Assembly: GCA_964016885.1 (NCBI GenBank)
Contig: OZ024742.1
Location: 54,312,001-54,376,000 of the forward strand
Length of the DNA stretch: 64,000 bases
Source: Eledone cirrhosa
Lineage: Eukaryota
Direction of reading: 5' to 3'
A program made the translations under genes and the position numbers. Below, piece after piece: positions 14,960 through 28,679 of the stretch (positions are counted from its first letter, which is position 1; each line of letters begins with the position of its first letter). The notes beneath the pieces were generated by a model. The model saw only the letters and a list, made by a program, of their open reading frames with translations. It ran no database searches and was not told the DNA's origin.

Positions 14960-15657
14960 AGAGGGCTGTGTCCTCAAAAGACTGCTTCCAGCTACATGAT
15001 CCTTATAGCTGTCAGATTGATTAAAGTATATTTAACTAAATAATTGTTGGTGTTGTCGTTGTTGCGGTCGTTCATATTAATGACTACTACTAGAATTCTA
15101 TTGTTATTTCATATATCACATTCACTACCCCCTATTCGTATTTATCTTCCTCTCTTCTTCTTATCTTCTATTTTTTCTCTTCTAATATTCTTTTCCTTCT
15201 CTCTCTCCTCTTCTCGGTCCCATTTTCTTATAATCTTTTATTAGAAACTAGTCATTCATACTTCTAATTCCATTTTGAAACTTTGTTGCAACTACATAGC
15301 TAAGTAGTTGGATGCGAGTTAATTTGATTAAAATAACGAAATAGTAAAATGAAAATAGCGGTCCAAGACATATATGTAATACATATGATGAAACACGTGT
15401 ATGTGTAACGCAATAAAAGTTATTGCCACTCATCTGGATTATGGCATTTTTAATGATATATTTGTAATTTTCTATATACATTCCGTTAACGTTTACACTT
15501 GGAACCGATATAACTACCAATTGGAGTAATTTGTGCGTTGAGTAAGCGGTCTTTGATTCTTGTTGAACAATCAATTAATTGATTACAGTAACGGAATTTG
15601 AATAATTATATATATATATGCAAACATCACCCACACATATGTATATATATATATATG

Positions 15658-15880
15658 TAGGAGAAAGTATGACTCCGACCGGGCCGACCCGCAAGCGACG
15701 CCACCGCCAATCGAGAAACGCAAGAACATAGGCGGGAGCATTCTTGCGTCTCTCGGTTGGCGGTGGCGTCGCTTACGGGTCGGCCCGGTCGGGGTCATGC
15801 TTTCTCCTATTACCCACTCTACTACCCTAAGTATTGAGTACTCTGGTGTGTTATGGTCCATGTGGTTCCTTACCACAACT
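15658..15880. repeat. Repeat family E with GC-rich fold-back (15658-15809); relatives at 25407-25595 and 35510-35680
   Basis: ~68-bp inverted arms plus the shared tail CCCACTCTACTACCCTAAGTATTGAGTACTCT. Confidence 0.85.
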
Positions 15881-15885
15881 CCTCC

Positions 15886-15949
<64 letters not shown>

Positions 15950-15952
<3 letters not shown>

Positions 15953-16791
15953 TTATCATTTATTTTTTATCATTTATTTTGTTTTGACCACTTTAACTTG
16001 TTTTGGTTTTTGGCTTGGGTCGTTAATGCCTTCTTGACCACCTTTTACATTTTGTATGGCTTCTTAACACATTGTTTAGCTCTGGTATTTAACTATTGTG
16101 CACTTTTCCAGTATCATTTCCGATTTTTGCGTTTCGCTTGGCTTTTCCTTCCCGCCGAAATGCGATTCTCGCTGAATCTTTATTTGTATTAATCTCCCGT
16201 GTCTTACAATTAACTTGTTAATCATTTCTATTGACAGGTTAATTGTATAAGTTTATTTTAAAACTACTCGGTTGAGAACTTATTCGATTTGTGCTATTTA
16301 TGCTATTTTTCGCATGATTTACACTAACTGAATTACTTTGCCAAAATCTGGGGTTATTCCCTTGTGATTTCCACACGTAGTTTAACTTACCACCGTGTCA
16401 TTCACTTATTTGGTACAGAGCGAAATGCCTGTTAATAACGTGATATTCCTTGTTCGATCGTTATACACAAAGCTTATATTTTTAAGCAGACTGTATTTTG
16501 ATTTAGGTGTCACAGAAACTGTACATCGGATTTTAACAGCAATTCCTGGAGTCCAGGTCTGGTTATCACTTATTTTTTATCATTTATTTTGTTTTGACCT
16601 GTTTAGCTTGTTTTGGTTTTTGGCTTGGGTTGTTATAGCCTACTTGACCACCTTTTCAGTTTTGTATGGTTTCTTAACACATTGTTTAGCTCTGGTTTTT
16701 AACTATTGAGCACTTGCCAGTATCATTTCTGATTTTTGCGTTTCGCTTCGCTTTTCCTGCCCGCCGAAATGCGATTCGCTGAATCTTTATT

Positions 16792-16795
<4 letters not shown>
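15950..16795. repeat. Repeat family B, partial tandem (~610-bp period); related partial tandem at 57676-58275
   Basis: 15950-16190 recurs at 16560-16795. Both loci are bounded by TA or TC microsatellites. Confidence 0.8.
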
Positions 16796-16840
<45 letters not shown>

Positions 16841-17079
16841 GGAAAGTAATGAAACGAAATTTCATTTCTTAATATTAGTACGGCTGATACCTAAATATAA
16901 GTATATATACGTACATACATATATGTGTACAGACGTACAGTAGTATGTATATATATATACATACATGCACACACATATATATGTACGTATGGGTTTACCG
17001 AACATTTACTACTGTACGTCTGTACACATATATGTACGTACGTATACATAGTTATATATATATAAATGAAAATAAACAT

Positions 17080-17562
17080 AAATAGAAAACATGAATGGAA
17101 CAGCAAGATCACAACTTACAATTGAGGGCAAAATGAAAACACACACACACATAGAACAAACAACCAACCATGTAAATAAACAAATAAATAAACAAATATA
17201 AACACACACAGACACCCGGATGTAACACATGCGCAAACTAAGCACACAGCACACACAAAAACAAGATGGCGTAGGACAGAACAAACGAGAGGCACAAAAA
17301 CAAAGAAAAGAATCCCCAGTCACTGAAGAGGTTACAGAATGTGTGATGAAAGATCTTTGACAATATATGAACAATCGTCTTGTTGTGGAGCCAACCAACC
17401 AACCGGAAATTTATAAATTCCTAAATTTATAAATTTATTTTATAATAAATTGAAGTGAAAGCAACTGGTGCGTGTGTAACATGACCCTCCCAAAGCACAA
17501 CAATATCGGTTTCAACACACATTATCAGATAAAGAATCTTGCTAAACAAATTCAGAAACGAT
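17080..17562 (+). mobile_element. Family D Penelope-like 3' end/pLTR with hammerhead-like motif (17319-17361); other copies at 37910-38690, 50340-50650 and 59905-60008
   Basis: Near-identical copies. The copy at 50340 directly follows a GIY-YIG coding remnant. Confidence 0.8.
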
Positions 17563-17579
17563 ATATATATATATAAATA

Positions 17580-18422
17580 TTGAAGTTTCCGTTGAAAATT
17601 GAAAAAGTCATAGGAGTGAAGAGTGCTCTATGTAAGTACAAGAGCTAAATTTTAGCGAACCGATTAATTACATACCCAATAATACTAACTCCTTTAAACA
17701 TAATAATAGGAAAAGAAAAATAATCTGGTTCACCCCCCTACTTTTTAGCAGTTTAAACTAATGTAGGCAACACATTCCTAGAGCTCTTAGATAAACATTT
17801 CCCTAGAACACATAGATACTATAAGATCTTCAATAGAAACTATGTCAAAATTAGCTACTCCTGCGGTTCCCCTATTAAATCTTATATCATCAATAAGAAA
17901 TCACCTAGAGAACATCAAAATTGCTTCTGTAGAGTAAAAAGTAAATGCCCATTACAAGGTAAATGCAACACCAAAGCCATTGTATATGAGGCTAAAGTGA
18001 CAACCACCAGCAACAACCTACCAGCCACCAACGAACGATATGTGGGTATGACACAAGACAAATTCAAAACGCGTTATTACTCACATGTCGCATCTTTCCG
18101 ACATCCTGAAAAAAGATTTACAACAGCTCTGGCTAGCAGAATATGGGATTTGAAAGACCAAGGTATCCAATATAAATTAGATTGGTCAATTTTGAACCAA
18201 TCTAAAGAATATGCACGAGGAACAAGAAGATGCGCACTCTGCATAAGTGAAAAATATTGGATTTTACAGAACCTTAAATCACCAAAAACCTGCCTAAAGG
18301 CAAAAACAGAAATGTTCACCAGTTGCCCACACATGAAATCACACTTGCTTTCCAGCTCATATAAACTTAACTCACTTTCATATACTAATCCTCCATACAC
18401 TCTTGTTCTTCACTTTCCTTAA
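17580..18422 (+). pseudogene. Penelope-like element 3' fragment with GIY-YIG endonuclease (possibly Naiad type)
   Basis: RKRKIIWFTPP, KIFNRNYVKISYSC, CFCRVKSKCPLQGKC, IVYEAKV...YVGMT..FKTRYYSH and CALCISEK. Confidence 0.85.
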
Positions 18423-18868
18423 ATTACCCTCTTTACAGACTTCTCTTTCTGATTTACTTTTAATTTTATTTTTAACTTTATTTTTACTTCACATCCACCA
18501 GTGACCCCCCCCCCCCCACCCTCCTGTGGTTTTTTGATTCACTTACTTTATATCTTCACAATTCCACACATTTTACTTCCCCATTTCTTTCTCTAACTGA
18601 TATCACATGTCACTTGAGTTTTCAACTCCAGATATATTCTGTTGTCTCTCAGCCGCTCTTATGTATGTTTACTTGCGTATAATTTGTACTCATCTATTCA
18701 TACGGCTGGTATTTGTATCTATGCGTGTGAGTGTGCATATGTGTGTATGCGTGTGTGTATATGTATACGAATGCATTCGTATGTGCGCGTGTGTGTGTAT
18801 ATGTGTGTATGTATGTGTGTTTTTTACATACTTATATATACGTGTGTGTGTATGTGTGTATGTATCTA

Positions 18869-18900
<32 letters not shown>

Positions 18901-18902
18901 GC

Positions 18903-18972
<70 letters not shown>

Positions 18973-20999
18973 TGTGTTTGTATGTGTGTATATATATATA
19001 TGCATGGTCGCGGGCGTGCGTGTGATTAGATATATATGTGCCTATACATATATATGTGCTTCGTGTGTATGTATGCGCGCCTTTGTATGTATGTACGCAT
19101 GTATGTGCTTTTGTCTGTACCTATTTATATATATATGTTTATATATATATGCGTACTAACGAACCAATGTTTGTTTTCTATTTTTTCTAGCGTTACTTTA
19201 TAATTGATAACCCCTGCCTGTTACTTTCCCTTTGATTTGAAATTTTTTTTTATTCTCATATATTTTTTCTTTTTTATATATGTATCGACCTTCAGGCTGA
19301 CACTGCTTTGACTGATACACTCCCTTCCCTGTATATATCACACGCATGTATGTGGTTGCGCGCGCGCGTGTCTGTTTATACGCGTGCTTTCATATTTGTG
19401 TGTGTATATATTTCAATCCTTAATACGTGAGTCTGGATGTACGTTAACTGTATTATCTTACAATTTCTTTTTCAACATATATTATATACGTATTTGTGGT
19501 CACACATACACTGATATGCTTGCCCTCATATATGTACTTACGCACACATTTTTTTCACTATCCACATGTATTTGTACATACACACATATGTACATTTGTG
19601 AGTGAATATACACACATTTATACACATACCCTAACTATATTTCCTTATTTTATTTTTATATATCTCTTACATTACTTTTACTTATATATTTTTTTGCCCG
19701 TTAAACTTTTGCCTTTCTTGAGGAGATTTTTCAAATATTTCACTATGTTTAAATTGCCTTGTCCGACAAACGAGTGAGGACGTTTCTTGTATTCGTCTTA
19801 TTCGGGAAACCTCTGGTAATGAGGTAATTGTATTGTTTATTATACATTATATATATATATATATATAATTTTTTAATGCAACTTTATGCACATCCCGATA
19901 ATGGGTGGCGTAAACAGATACCCCCTCTTTATCTTTGTCCTGTATACATTCCCTTTTCCAGTATTTCATTTTATCTTATTTTATTTTATTTTATGTATGT
20001 ACACGCATTTATATATAGGTGCCACCCATGTTATCTCTGATTAGGGCATGGCTACTACGAACCGATTACATTTATGCATATTGTGCATGCACTTTCAGGC
20101 TTATATCACCACATGAATGGGTTGGGTCCAAGCCTCAAGAATGTTGTCTCATATGACATTTTATACGCCATGTGCACAGTTGCGTGTGTGTGTGGATGTG
20201 TAGGTATTCATCTAGTGTGTGCTATTTTTGAGATGTATAAACATGACCATGCGTGGGTCCATATATTTGTGTGGATGTATTTGTATGAACATGTCTGTGT
20301 AAGTGTATGCATGTGTATGTGTAGATCTCCCATTTTTTCGTCTGTATATATGTGCATCGTCTTAACTATATACTCTTTCCTGAGTAGAGAGTCTGTATTT
20401 ATAGATATGTGTATATTTATCAAAAATACCTTTGAATTTACTTTTTTTAAATGCTATTTCAACCACTCTTTTAGAAACGTTCTTTTTACAGGGTTTTTCT
20501 TTTTGAAATGTGTGTTTTAAAAGGTATTTTGAGGGTGTGTTTTTTCTGAAACGTTCTGTTAAATGTTTTTCAATTAAAAGAAAAATTCGTTATCACTATT
20601 CACTGCACATTCAATACCAACCGTGATTGTCGTATATGATACAGTTGCGGGTGTGTACGTGATCGCAGTGGGTGTATAATTGCCCGTCTGTATCATGCCT
20701 TCGCGAAACATGGACATGGGTGAGGGCGACTACAGGTTGACAGTGCGGCGATAGGGGCGCGAGTGGTTCAACCATACAGCCCCTTACCTCCTACAGTAGT
20801 AATTCCGATTTAAGAAACACATTTAATTGACAGGTAGCGAATGAAAAGAACCAAATATAGGACGGCCATGTGTGGCCAAAAATACCGACGACGCATACAA
20901 TTCTTGACCACTCATAGAATGACAACAACAGGATATAAGCTGCCGAGTGAGAGCCGCGTGTGTAACTGGACATTTGGAAACTCTGGTTCGTAGAATCGA

Positions 21000-21094
21000 G
21001 ACGTATCTGACGACTTTGCGATTTCAGAGTCAGGTTAGATCATTACATCGATCGTGCCTCGAGCAGGTCGCCAGCGAAACGATTGTAATATGTC
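21000..21094 (+). ncRNA. Type I hammerhead ribozyme motif with long stem II
   Basis: GACGTAT-CTGACGA-..GCGATTT...AGGTCGC..-GAAAC-GATT-GTA-ATATGTC, with a 7-bp stem I. Confidence 0.7.
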
Positions 21095-21138
21095 TAATAC
21101 ATTTTATTCGTCGCAACACTGATTCTCCGTTTCTTATG

Positions 21139-21267
<129 letters not shown>

Positions 21268-21268
21268 C

Positions 21269-21318
<50 letters not shown>

Positions 21319-21733
21319 GTATGTATATATGTCGGGTCACTCTTGAGTGCTACTGGTAACATGTAACCCTGTACAACCTGTCGCATGGTCAGGTCGTCGG
21401 CGACTAAACCGGCATCCCCACCAAGTTTACTTTGTTAGGGGGTGATTTTGGACACGCTGCAGGTCAAAAAACAAAAAGAACTCATAAGAGTCAACGGCCA
21501 TCCGAAAGTGTGTAATTATGTATATATACACATGTACCGCGCGGTTAAACCACTGGGAGTGAAGGACCACTAGCCTTTGTCAGGGCATGCTTCTAGGAGA
21601 AGGCAAGTCAGGAAACTGGGATGACTCCGATACAAAACCTGCGGCTCAGTAGTTACCGATGATGTTGATCTTTTCTTCTTTTCGAGTTATAAATATTGTC
21701 GCTCAGAGAGTGGGATTGACTCAGCGCACAGTC

Positions 21734-23869
21734 TCACCTTGATCACCTTGACCGACCTGTCTGGGCACAGCACGCCGTCGATTCCTCTCTGGATCGTGCT
21801 TTCCTCATCCATGTAGCCCAAATCATATTCCTAAAATCGTAACTCCACCTTCGTGGAGGCCTTCCGAGTGGTCGTTTCCGCTCGCGCGGGTACCACTCGG
21901 CAACTAGCGGCTCCACCGATTATTGGTGAACCGGGCGACGTGTCCAGCCCATCTGAACTTGCTGCGCATATATTCCGTGATGACGTCCCTCACGCCGGAC
22001 TTCTGTTTGAAGACTTCGCTCCTGATGTGCTCTCTCAACGAGAATCCTAGCATTGATCTCTCCATGGCTCTTGAGCCGTTACCAGCCTCTGCTCCTCTCT
22101 CTTCGTTGTAGCCCAACTTTCACTGCCATTTAACATTGCAAGTAAAACTGCTATTGAAGAGGTTGGCGCGGGTCGCCTTGTCCAACCTCCCCTTGAGCAC
22201 ATCCCTTATGCCGTTGAACGCCTTCCATCAGACCCTTATACTCCACGAGATCTCCCTCTCAATGTCTCGGCGCATGTTCACTTCTTGTCCTCGGTAGACG
22301 TATTCCTCCACTTCCTCTATTTCATCACCGCCAACCACCATTCGACGTGTTGGTACGTTGTCGGACCGCATGAACTTCGTTTTCATGCGGTTCATCTTGA
22401 GGCCTACTGCTGAGCTTTTGATGTCGAGCTCCGTCAGCATGGTCTGAAGCTGATCCGTGGTTTCAGCGATGAGTACGATGTAATCAGCGAAACGGAGGTG
22501 GGTAATTATCTCGCCGTTGATGCTGACGCCGCCTTGCCAGTCAATGCCTCTGATGATCACTTCGAGACACGCGGTGAAAAGTTTTGGAGAGATCGTATCT
22601 CCTTGCTTCACTCCCTTCTCGACCGGCACTCGTAGGGGTGATGACAGCAGAGCTATGTCGATGGTGCATCCGGAATTCGCCATCTTAAGCAGTTAAACGT
22701 ATTGCGCCTCGACTCCTTGCTTATGCAGCGATAAGCGACGAGCGACGCATACTTCAGGACGTCTCTCTCATAACGCCATTCAACACTGGTAGTGATCATC
22801 GTCTGGTGAGGGCGAAGGTCGTCATCGACCGGTGAGGGAGAAAAAGGCGCTGCATTTGGCGTCGAAGGGAGAACGCGTCCGGGTCTTCAACGAGGCGAAG
22901 CTGCAGGAACCCATCATGCAGGAAAACTGACGTCAAGGAGACGGCATAGATACTGACTACGACTCACTGATAAGGAAACTGAAGGAGTGCTTGAGGAAGG
23001 CTAAGGGTGTGTGCCCGAGGGAGTGGAACGGAAGAGTCTCGGAGGAAACTATGAAATTGCTTGAGAAGCGGAAGAATATGAAGAGAACACCTGAAAATCA
23101 CCTCGAATATTCCCTTCTCAGCAGAATGATACGTCAACAACTGAAGAGAGACTTAAGAAGCTCCTGAAGGCCGCAGAGGAAAAGAAGAGCCCCAATAAAT
23201 GCGAGATGGACATGGCAATGTACAGATCGGAGGTGACGACCCTGAAGAATACAGCTGGAGTACCGGTCAGCGACAAGAGTGAGGTGGAAAAGATTTGCGA
23301 AGACTTCTACACCAAGCTCTTCAAGTCTGCCGGGAATGTGCAGCCGTCGCCGTCACTCCAACAGGAAGAAAATGTGCCCTCCATCCTTGTCAGTGAGGTG
23401 AAAGAGCCGTCGGCTTGATGAAAAGCGGAAAGGCGCCAGGGAAAGACGGCATAAGATCGGAGGTGTTGAAGTCAGCCGGAGAGCAGCTCTGGAAAATCTT
23501 CGCCGAACGGTTCACACACTATCTGGACGAGGGAAGAATACCCTCGCAGTGGAAAGAGAAGAATACCATCCTACTATACAAGAAGGGCGATAGAGAAGAT
23601 CTGAAGAACTACCGACCCACATGCCTGCTGTCTCACGTGTACAAGCTGTTCACGAAGATAATCCTGAACAGGTTATCACGTCATCTGGACGAACAACAAC
23701 CGAGAGAGCAAGCCGGCTACGGAAGAACTACAGCACAATGGACCACATATTTACTCTGACACAACTTCTTGAGCGAGTGAAAGAGTAGAAGATGCCTCTT
23801 TGCGTCGCGTTCGTAAACTACGAGAAGGCCTTCGACAGCGTCGAATTCAACGCTGTGCTAAACTTGCTG
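21734..23869 (-). mobile_element. RTE-clade LINE with inverted 5' segment (3' part on - at 21734-22731; upstream part on + at 22732-23869)
   Basis: KGVKQGDTISPKLF, HLRFADYIVL and KFRWAGHVAR on -, with (TCAAGGTGA) tail repeats. GKAPGKDGI, KNYRPTCLL and YEKAFDSVE on +. Confidence 0.92.
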
Positions 23870-23888
23870 TATATATATATATATATAT

Positions 23889-23943
23889 AAAATAAAATAA
23901 AATAAAATAAAATAAAATAAAATAAAATAAAATAAAATAAATA
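23889..23943. repeat. (TAAAA)n microsatellite
   Basis: Directly visible. Confidence 0.95.
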
Positions 23944-23975
23944 AGTCAAATGTTTAAAATTTGGCTTCGTTTATT

Positions 23976-24030
23976 ACTGCTACATATATTTCGGTGACAG
24001 CCATCTTTGGCTGTAACCTCTTCAAGCAGT
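23976..24030 (-). ncRNA. Hammerhead-like motif (C3U core variant)
   Basis: ACTGC-TTGAAGA-GGTtACAGCCaaagatGGCTGTcACC-GAAA-TATATG-TA-GCAGT. Confidence 0.6.
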
Positions 24031-24305
24031 CCGAATTAGTGTCGTAGAGACGAGTACACATGTTGTTGAGGTGTTTCACTTTGTCACTACTCTGATATGC
24101 TCAGTTCCTGGTTGGGTTCTTATTTCACTGAGGAACTGGAATCATATGAATTTAAACAAACGAATTTCAGCGTCAAAGAACCTCTTCTCCTCTCATTGGT
24201 CAGTTGTTAGAAGATTCCTCAGTCAAAAGTCTATAGAAATTCGTTCTGAGGCAAGGCAATCTGTAGTAGTTGTTCCTGTTATATATATATATATCTATAT
24301 ATATA

Positions 24306-24375
<70 letters not shown>

Positions 24376-24378
<3 letters not shown>

Positions 24379-24966
24379 TAAATCATGTCTATAGAATCAT
24401 CAGATATTAAAATATATACTATTTCTTCTTCTAATTAGCATAATTAATCATATACCAAATCAAATCTAGCAAGCTTTAAGAATAAATTTTCTTATGGGGA
24501 AATCTCTGACAAACAATTGATCGTAGCCTCTTCGCGGCAGCCCCGTTCCATTATTTATCCAACATTTTGGCAGCATGCAGAATCCGACCAAATATACCAT
24601 CAACCACACACAATTAGTAGTAAAATTAAACTTAGAAGAAATGCGCACATACCGTAATTATATCTCTACCATGGTTTCATCCTTATTTAGGACATCCAAA
24701 TAATATGAATTATCCAGAGTTAGGATCATCAGGAGATAAACTCAAAATCAGACGTTTAGTTTTTCTAACCGATCGCGCCAAATTCAGATTCAAAAATGGA
24801 TAAAATCGCTATGTAGCTGTGTACCAGCCAGAGAGAAAGCGTGTGATTGGCTGCTTACGGCGGTTAGGCTTGCTGCTAGAAAGCGCAGCCATATAACGCC
24901 AAATTTAATCTCAACCAATTGGGAGATTATTAAATATAAAGGTTATCATATACATAAAATTATAGA
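24376..24966 (-). mobile_element. Repeat family C (hammerhead-bearing, non-coding); tandem copies at 58600-59819
   Basis: High similarity to 58600-59190 and 59260-59819. It is followed by an inverted piece at about 24967-25007. Confidence 0.8.
24661..24738 (-). ncRNA. Type I hammerhead ribozyme motif
   Basis: TATCTC-CTGATGA-TCCT...AGGAt-GAAAC-CATG-GTA-GAGATA, with stem III palindrome ACCATGGT. Confidence 0.75.
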
Positions 24967-25717
24967 TTTCTAGCAGCAAGCCTAACCGCCGTAAGCAACT
25001 AATCACAGTGACTTCTCAATCAGCCGACACAAACCTACATTTGGCGCAAAATCAATTTTTAACATTCACATGACCTCTACCGACCAATCAAAATTGTTTT
25101 GACCACAAGAATTTTTGCAACACGATTGGCGCGAAATTTATTTTAATACCTCTGGAGCCACTTTTTTCACATAAAAACAGGTAGAATTTCCAAAACTAAT
25201 CAGATTAGAGCAAACATCACGGACGCTCTATCTCAAAATTTTTTTTGAAAACCATTAGAAATGCGCAACCGGTAGGTAAAACTTAAAACCAAAACTGAAT
25301 ACTAACGAATACTATTACTAATTTTCACTTATTCCTAATTAAACTATTTTTCACTGTGAACAATTTGTCAGCATTTTCTTTTCCGTTTACCAATATATAT
25401 ATATATATTAGGAAAAGTATGACCCCGACGGCAGAGCTCAAGCCGTTTCGACGGCTATTCCTGGAGTCCAGAAATAGCCGTCGAAACGGCTTGAGTTCTG
25501 CCGTCGGGGTCATACTTTTTCCTAATTCCCACTCTACTACCCTAAGTATTGAGTACTCTAGTTAGTTATGGTCCATCTGGTTCCTTACCACAATTCCTTT
25601 GTTTTATATATATATATATATATACATATGTGTGTGTATGTGTTTGATGGTAGCTATGATGCTTCCATAGGCGGTATGCCAGTTGAGCACTCTATGTTCT
25701 TACAGAGCAGAGTGTGA

Positions 25718-25862
25718 TATAATATAAAACGAAAATACAGTGATGCATCTGGACTCAATTTATTGTGTTACAATTGTTTCGCCGGCTGTCTGCCGGCGAA
25801 ACAATTGTAACACACAATAAATTGAGTCCTGATGCATCACTGATGTTTCGTTTTATATTATA
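25718..25862. repeat. Near-perfect palindrome (~70-bp arms)
   Basis: Centre reads TTTC-GCCGGC-tgtct-GCCGGC-GAAACAATTGTA. Confidence 0.9.
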
Positions 25863-26839
25863 CTAGTAGTAAAGCCCGGCGTTGCTCGGGGTCGCTCAGT
25901 AGCTGTGTTAAAGTTACAATGTTAAGTTTCTTTCTTGGCTTAAAAACTGTAGTGTCTACTGTGCAGACTTGCATGTGGTGTTTTTGATTAATATTCCCTC
26001 AACCAACAATATGCCTTATGAAGTTAAGAAAACATAACGATAACCCCAATGTTATAACAAAAGAGGATGCTGGGGATAGAAACTGCACTGGTTATTTATT
26101 AACAAAGATCGAAAATGTAAACACTGCAACGCAGAGAAAAACATTAGCGTAACCAAATTATCAGTTATGTCTGTCTGCACGCCTATATCACCTCTCTGCA
26201 CGACTGTCTGTCTGCACGCCTATATCACCTCTCTGCACGACTGCCTGTCTGCACGCCTATATCACCTCTCTGCACGACTATCTGTCTGCACGCCTATATC
26301 CTATATCACCTCTCTGCACGACTATCTGTCTGCACGCGTATATCACCTCTCTGCACGACTGTCTGTCTGCACGACTGTCTGTCTGCACGCCTAACGACGA
26401 AATATTTGCTTGTTTTACGTAGTCTTTAAATAGACTTGTTTTCAAGTAAAAATATTGTTTTAAAATGCTTTTAAATGGAAATGAAGCAAAACGGAAGCTT
26501 AGTGTTCGGACTGATGAATTTTGCAGGTCAATGCTTTGCTGGCTCGACAACTGTTAATGTCATTTTAAACGCTGAGAAAGCCAGCGTAATTTTTTACGTA
26601 AGACGCTCAATGTAAACAGAACAAAGGGAAATAACTGATAACTTACGCTCAAAAATCGATACATTATATTCGATTTCGTCACATAGGGTGGGTCAATTTG
26701 AAATATTTTTTTCCGATGTCTTCGCTAGGGCTCAATGTACAAGTATAGCAATTTCGGTGAATTCCGTGAGAGATTCTAAGTGGAGATGTGTGCCAAAAAT
26801 CGATAGACAGACAGACAACCACAGTTTTATATATATAGA
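25863..26839 (-). mobile_element. Complete non-autonomous Helitron (977 bp)
   Basis: The minus strand reads A|TCTATATATATAAAACTG...CCCGAGCAACGCCGGG-ctttacta-CTAG|T: TC start, subterminal hairpin, CTAG end and AT target. Confidence 0.9.
26168..26392. repeat. Minisatellite (~37 bp, TGTCTGCACGCCTATATCACCTCTCTGCACGAC) inside the Helitron
   Basis: About six imperfect tandem units. Confidence 0.9.
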
Positions 26840-27089
26840 TTATATATATATATATGCACAAACATGCGTATTCATTTGAATTTCCTTGTTTGTTGGTGTT
26901 TCACTATTTTTAGTTCTCAGGTGTATAAGGTTGTGTGGTCTTTGATTTCAGTGTGATGTAATCTTAATATATCTTTCAACAATTCTCCAATCCGTGTATG
27001 GTTCATTCTTAGAATAGTACTAGAGGTAAGTAGTGTTAAGGAGGGTTCAGGAGGTCTGGTGAGGTGGTGTCTTGTGGTGTAGGCTTCAA

Positions 27090-27418
27090 ATTAGATATAA
27101 TTTGGGAGTTCTTTATGCAAGCATGACCTAAAAATTTCTCTTTTAAGTGAATATCCAGTGAGTATAGACTCTAAAGATCCTGAATTTCTCATTTAGGCAG
27201 AGCGATTATTTTTAGCTTCCGTTTTTATATGGTGTTGATGTTTCGAGCTCATTTCATTTAATGTCATTGGGTATTCCCTCGCTCTAGTTGCCATCTTGCA
27301 ACTTAAGTTGCCTTGATGTTTTTCATGTCGGGATGTCTAAATGAAGAAAGGTGTAGTTAGAACATTTGTTTAAATCGGTCCTGGACAATACCTAAGTTTT
27401 TCTCGAGTGTTTGGCGTT
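27090..27418 (-). pseudogene. Highly decayed Penelope-like GIY-YIG fragment similar to 17997-18422
   Basis: Translates with stops to QDRFKQ..HLSSFRHP...PYKNGS..SLCLNEKFRI. Confidence 0.6.
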
Positions 27419-27424
27419 TATATA

Positions 27425-28661
27425 CAGGGTGACTGAAAAATAACTCCCTATTTTAAAATACTTATTTTTATAAATAATTAATTTATATATTGTTATATTT
27501 TTCTTAAACTTTTTTTGTATATGTTCCGTAATATATGGGAATTAAATCTATGTTGTTGTTTTTGTTTCAGATTGATTAATTTGTTTGAAATTTGGAAGCC
27601 CTAAAAACATGGCTGGATGTCTTACCCTGCAGGAGCGTGCCCAGCTAGCACAACGTTACGAAGTTTGCAGATCCGTTGTTCAGGTGCGAAGATGATCGAG
27701 GACCATTAAAGGAAGACTTGCTCAAGTTGACGCAAAGACGATCAAGAATTGTCATACAAAATTCATGGCTACAGGATCTGTAACTGATACTCGAAGAAGC
27801 GGTCACCCTTCCAGTGACACGGACGTAATGCAAGTTGTTCAAGGAATGTTTACTCATAGCCCAAAAAAGTCAATTCGACAAAAAGCAAGAAAAAGTGGGC
27901 TTTCCTTTCACTGCTTACGAACTGTGCTCAAGAAGGAGCTTCAATGGAGTACTACTGTCAAGCACTCTCTTCTGAAGGTTGCGACATTCATATGGAGTTT
28001 GGGGAGGTGATGCTTGCTTGATCTGATGTCTTTAAAAATATTCTCTGGGATGATAAACCCGTATTACACATCAGTGAGTTTGCGAACCGTCACAACCTCC
28101 ACTACTAGGCGGGAGAAGATCTTTGTATTATCTCTGAAAAAAATGCAGAATCGGCCAAAGGTAACGCTATGGTGTGGAATGACTTCGGACAGGATTGTGG
28201 GTCCCATCATCCTTCACGATACCATGAATGCCGAAAGTTACCTCACCAGTTATCAATATTTGGGAGAATATTGAAGATTTGATTTTCATGCAAGATGGCG
28301 CTCCTCCACGTTTTGCTATTGTTGTTCGTGAATGGCTGGATGCCCAGTTCCCTGGGAGATGGATGGGTCGTCGTGGTCTGCATGAGTGACCATCTAGAAG
28401 CCATGACTAAACACCCTGCGACCTTTTTCTTTGGGGTTGGTTAAAGCAAATCTACTCTACCAAACCAATGACTTTAGTGAAATCAGTTGATGCGGTACCT
28501 GAGCGGCTTGAGAAACTGGTGGCGAATACTGGTACCGATGTTATATTTTAAATAATATGTATGCTATACGGTTTCTTCTCATATTCCTTTGTTGTAAAAA
28601 TTATAGTTAAGAAATGGATTATCAGAATTTAAAAATAGGGAGTTACTTTCCAATCACTCCG
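27425..28661 (+). mobile_element. Tc1/mariner DD41D (rosa-like) transposon, both TIRs present, transposase inactivated
   Basis: TIRs CAGGGTGACTGAAAAATAACTCCCTATTTT / AAAATAGGGAGTTACTTTCCAATCACTCCG with TA on both sides. QDGAPP...TPCDLFLWG has 41 residues between the last two Asp. Confidence 0.9.
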
Positions 28662-28679
28662 TATATATATATATAAAAA

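Noticed and set aside
14747-15024. Poly-Arg/Thr and poly-Leu/Phe ORFs
   Set aside because: Trinucleotide microsatellite artefacts.
21331-21733. Possible RTE/SINE 5' region with a structured RNA
   Set aside because: It looks repeat-derived, but I could not assign a family or fold a ribozyme.
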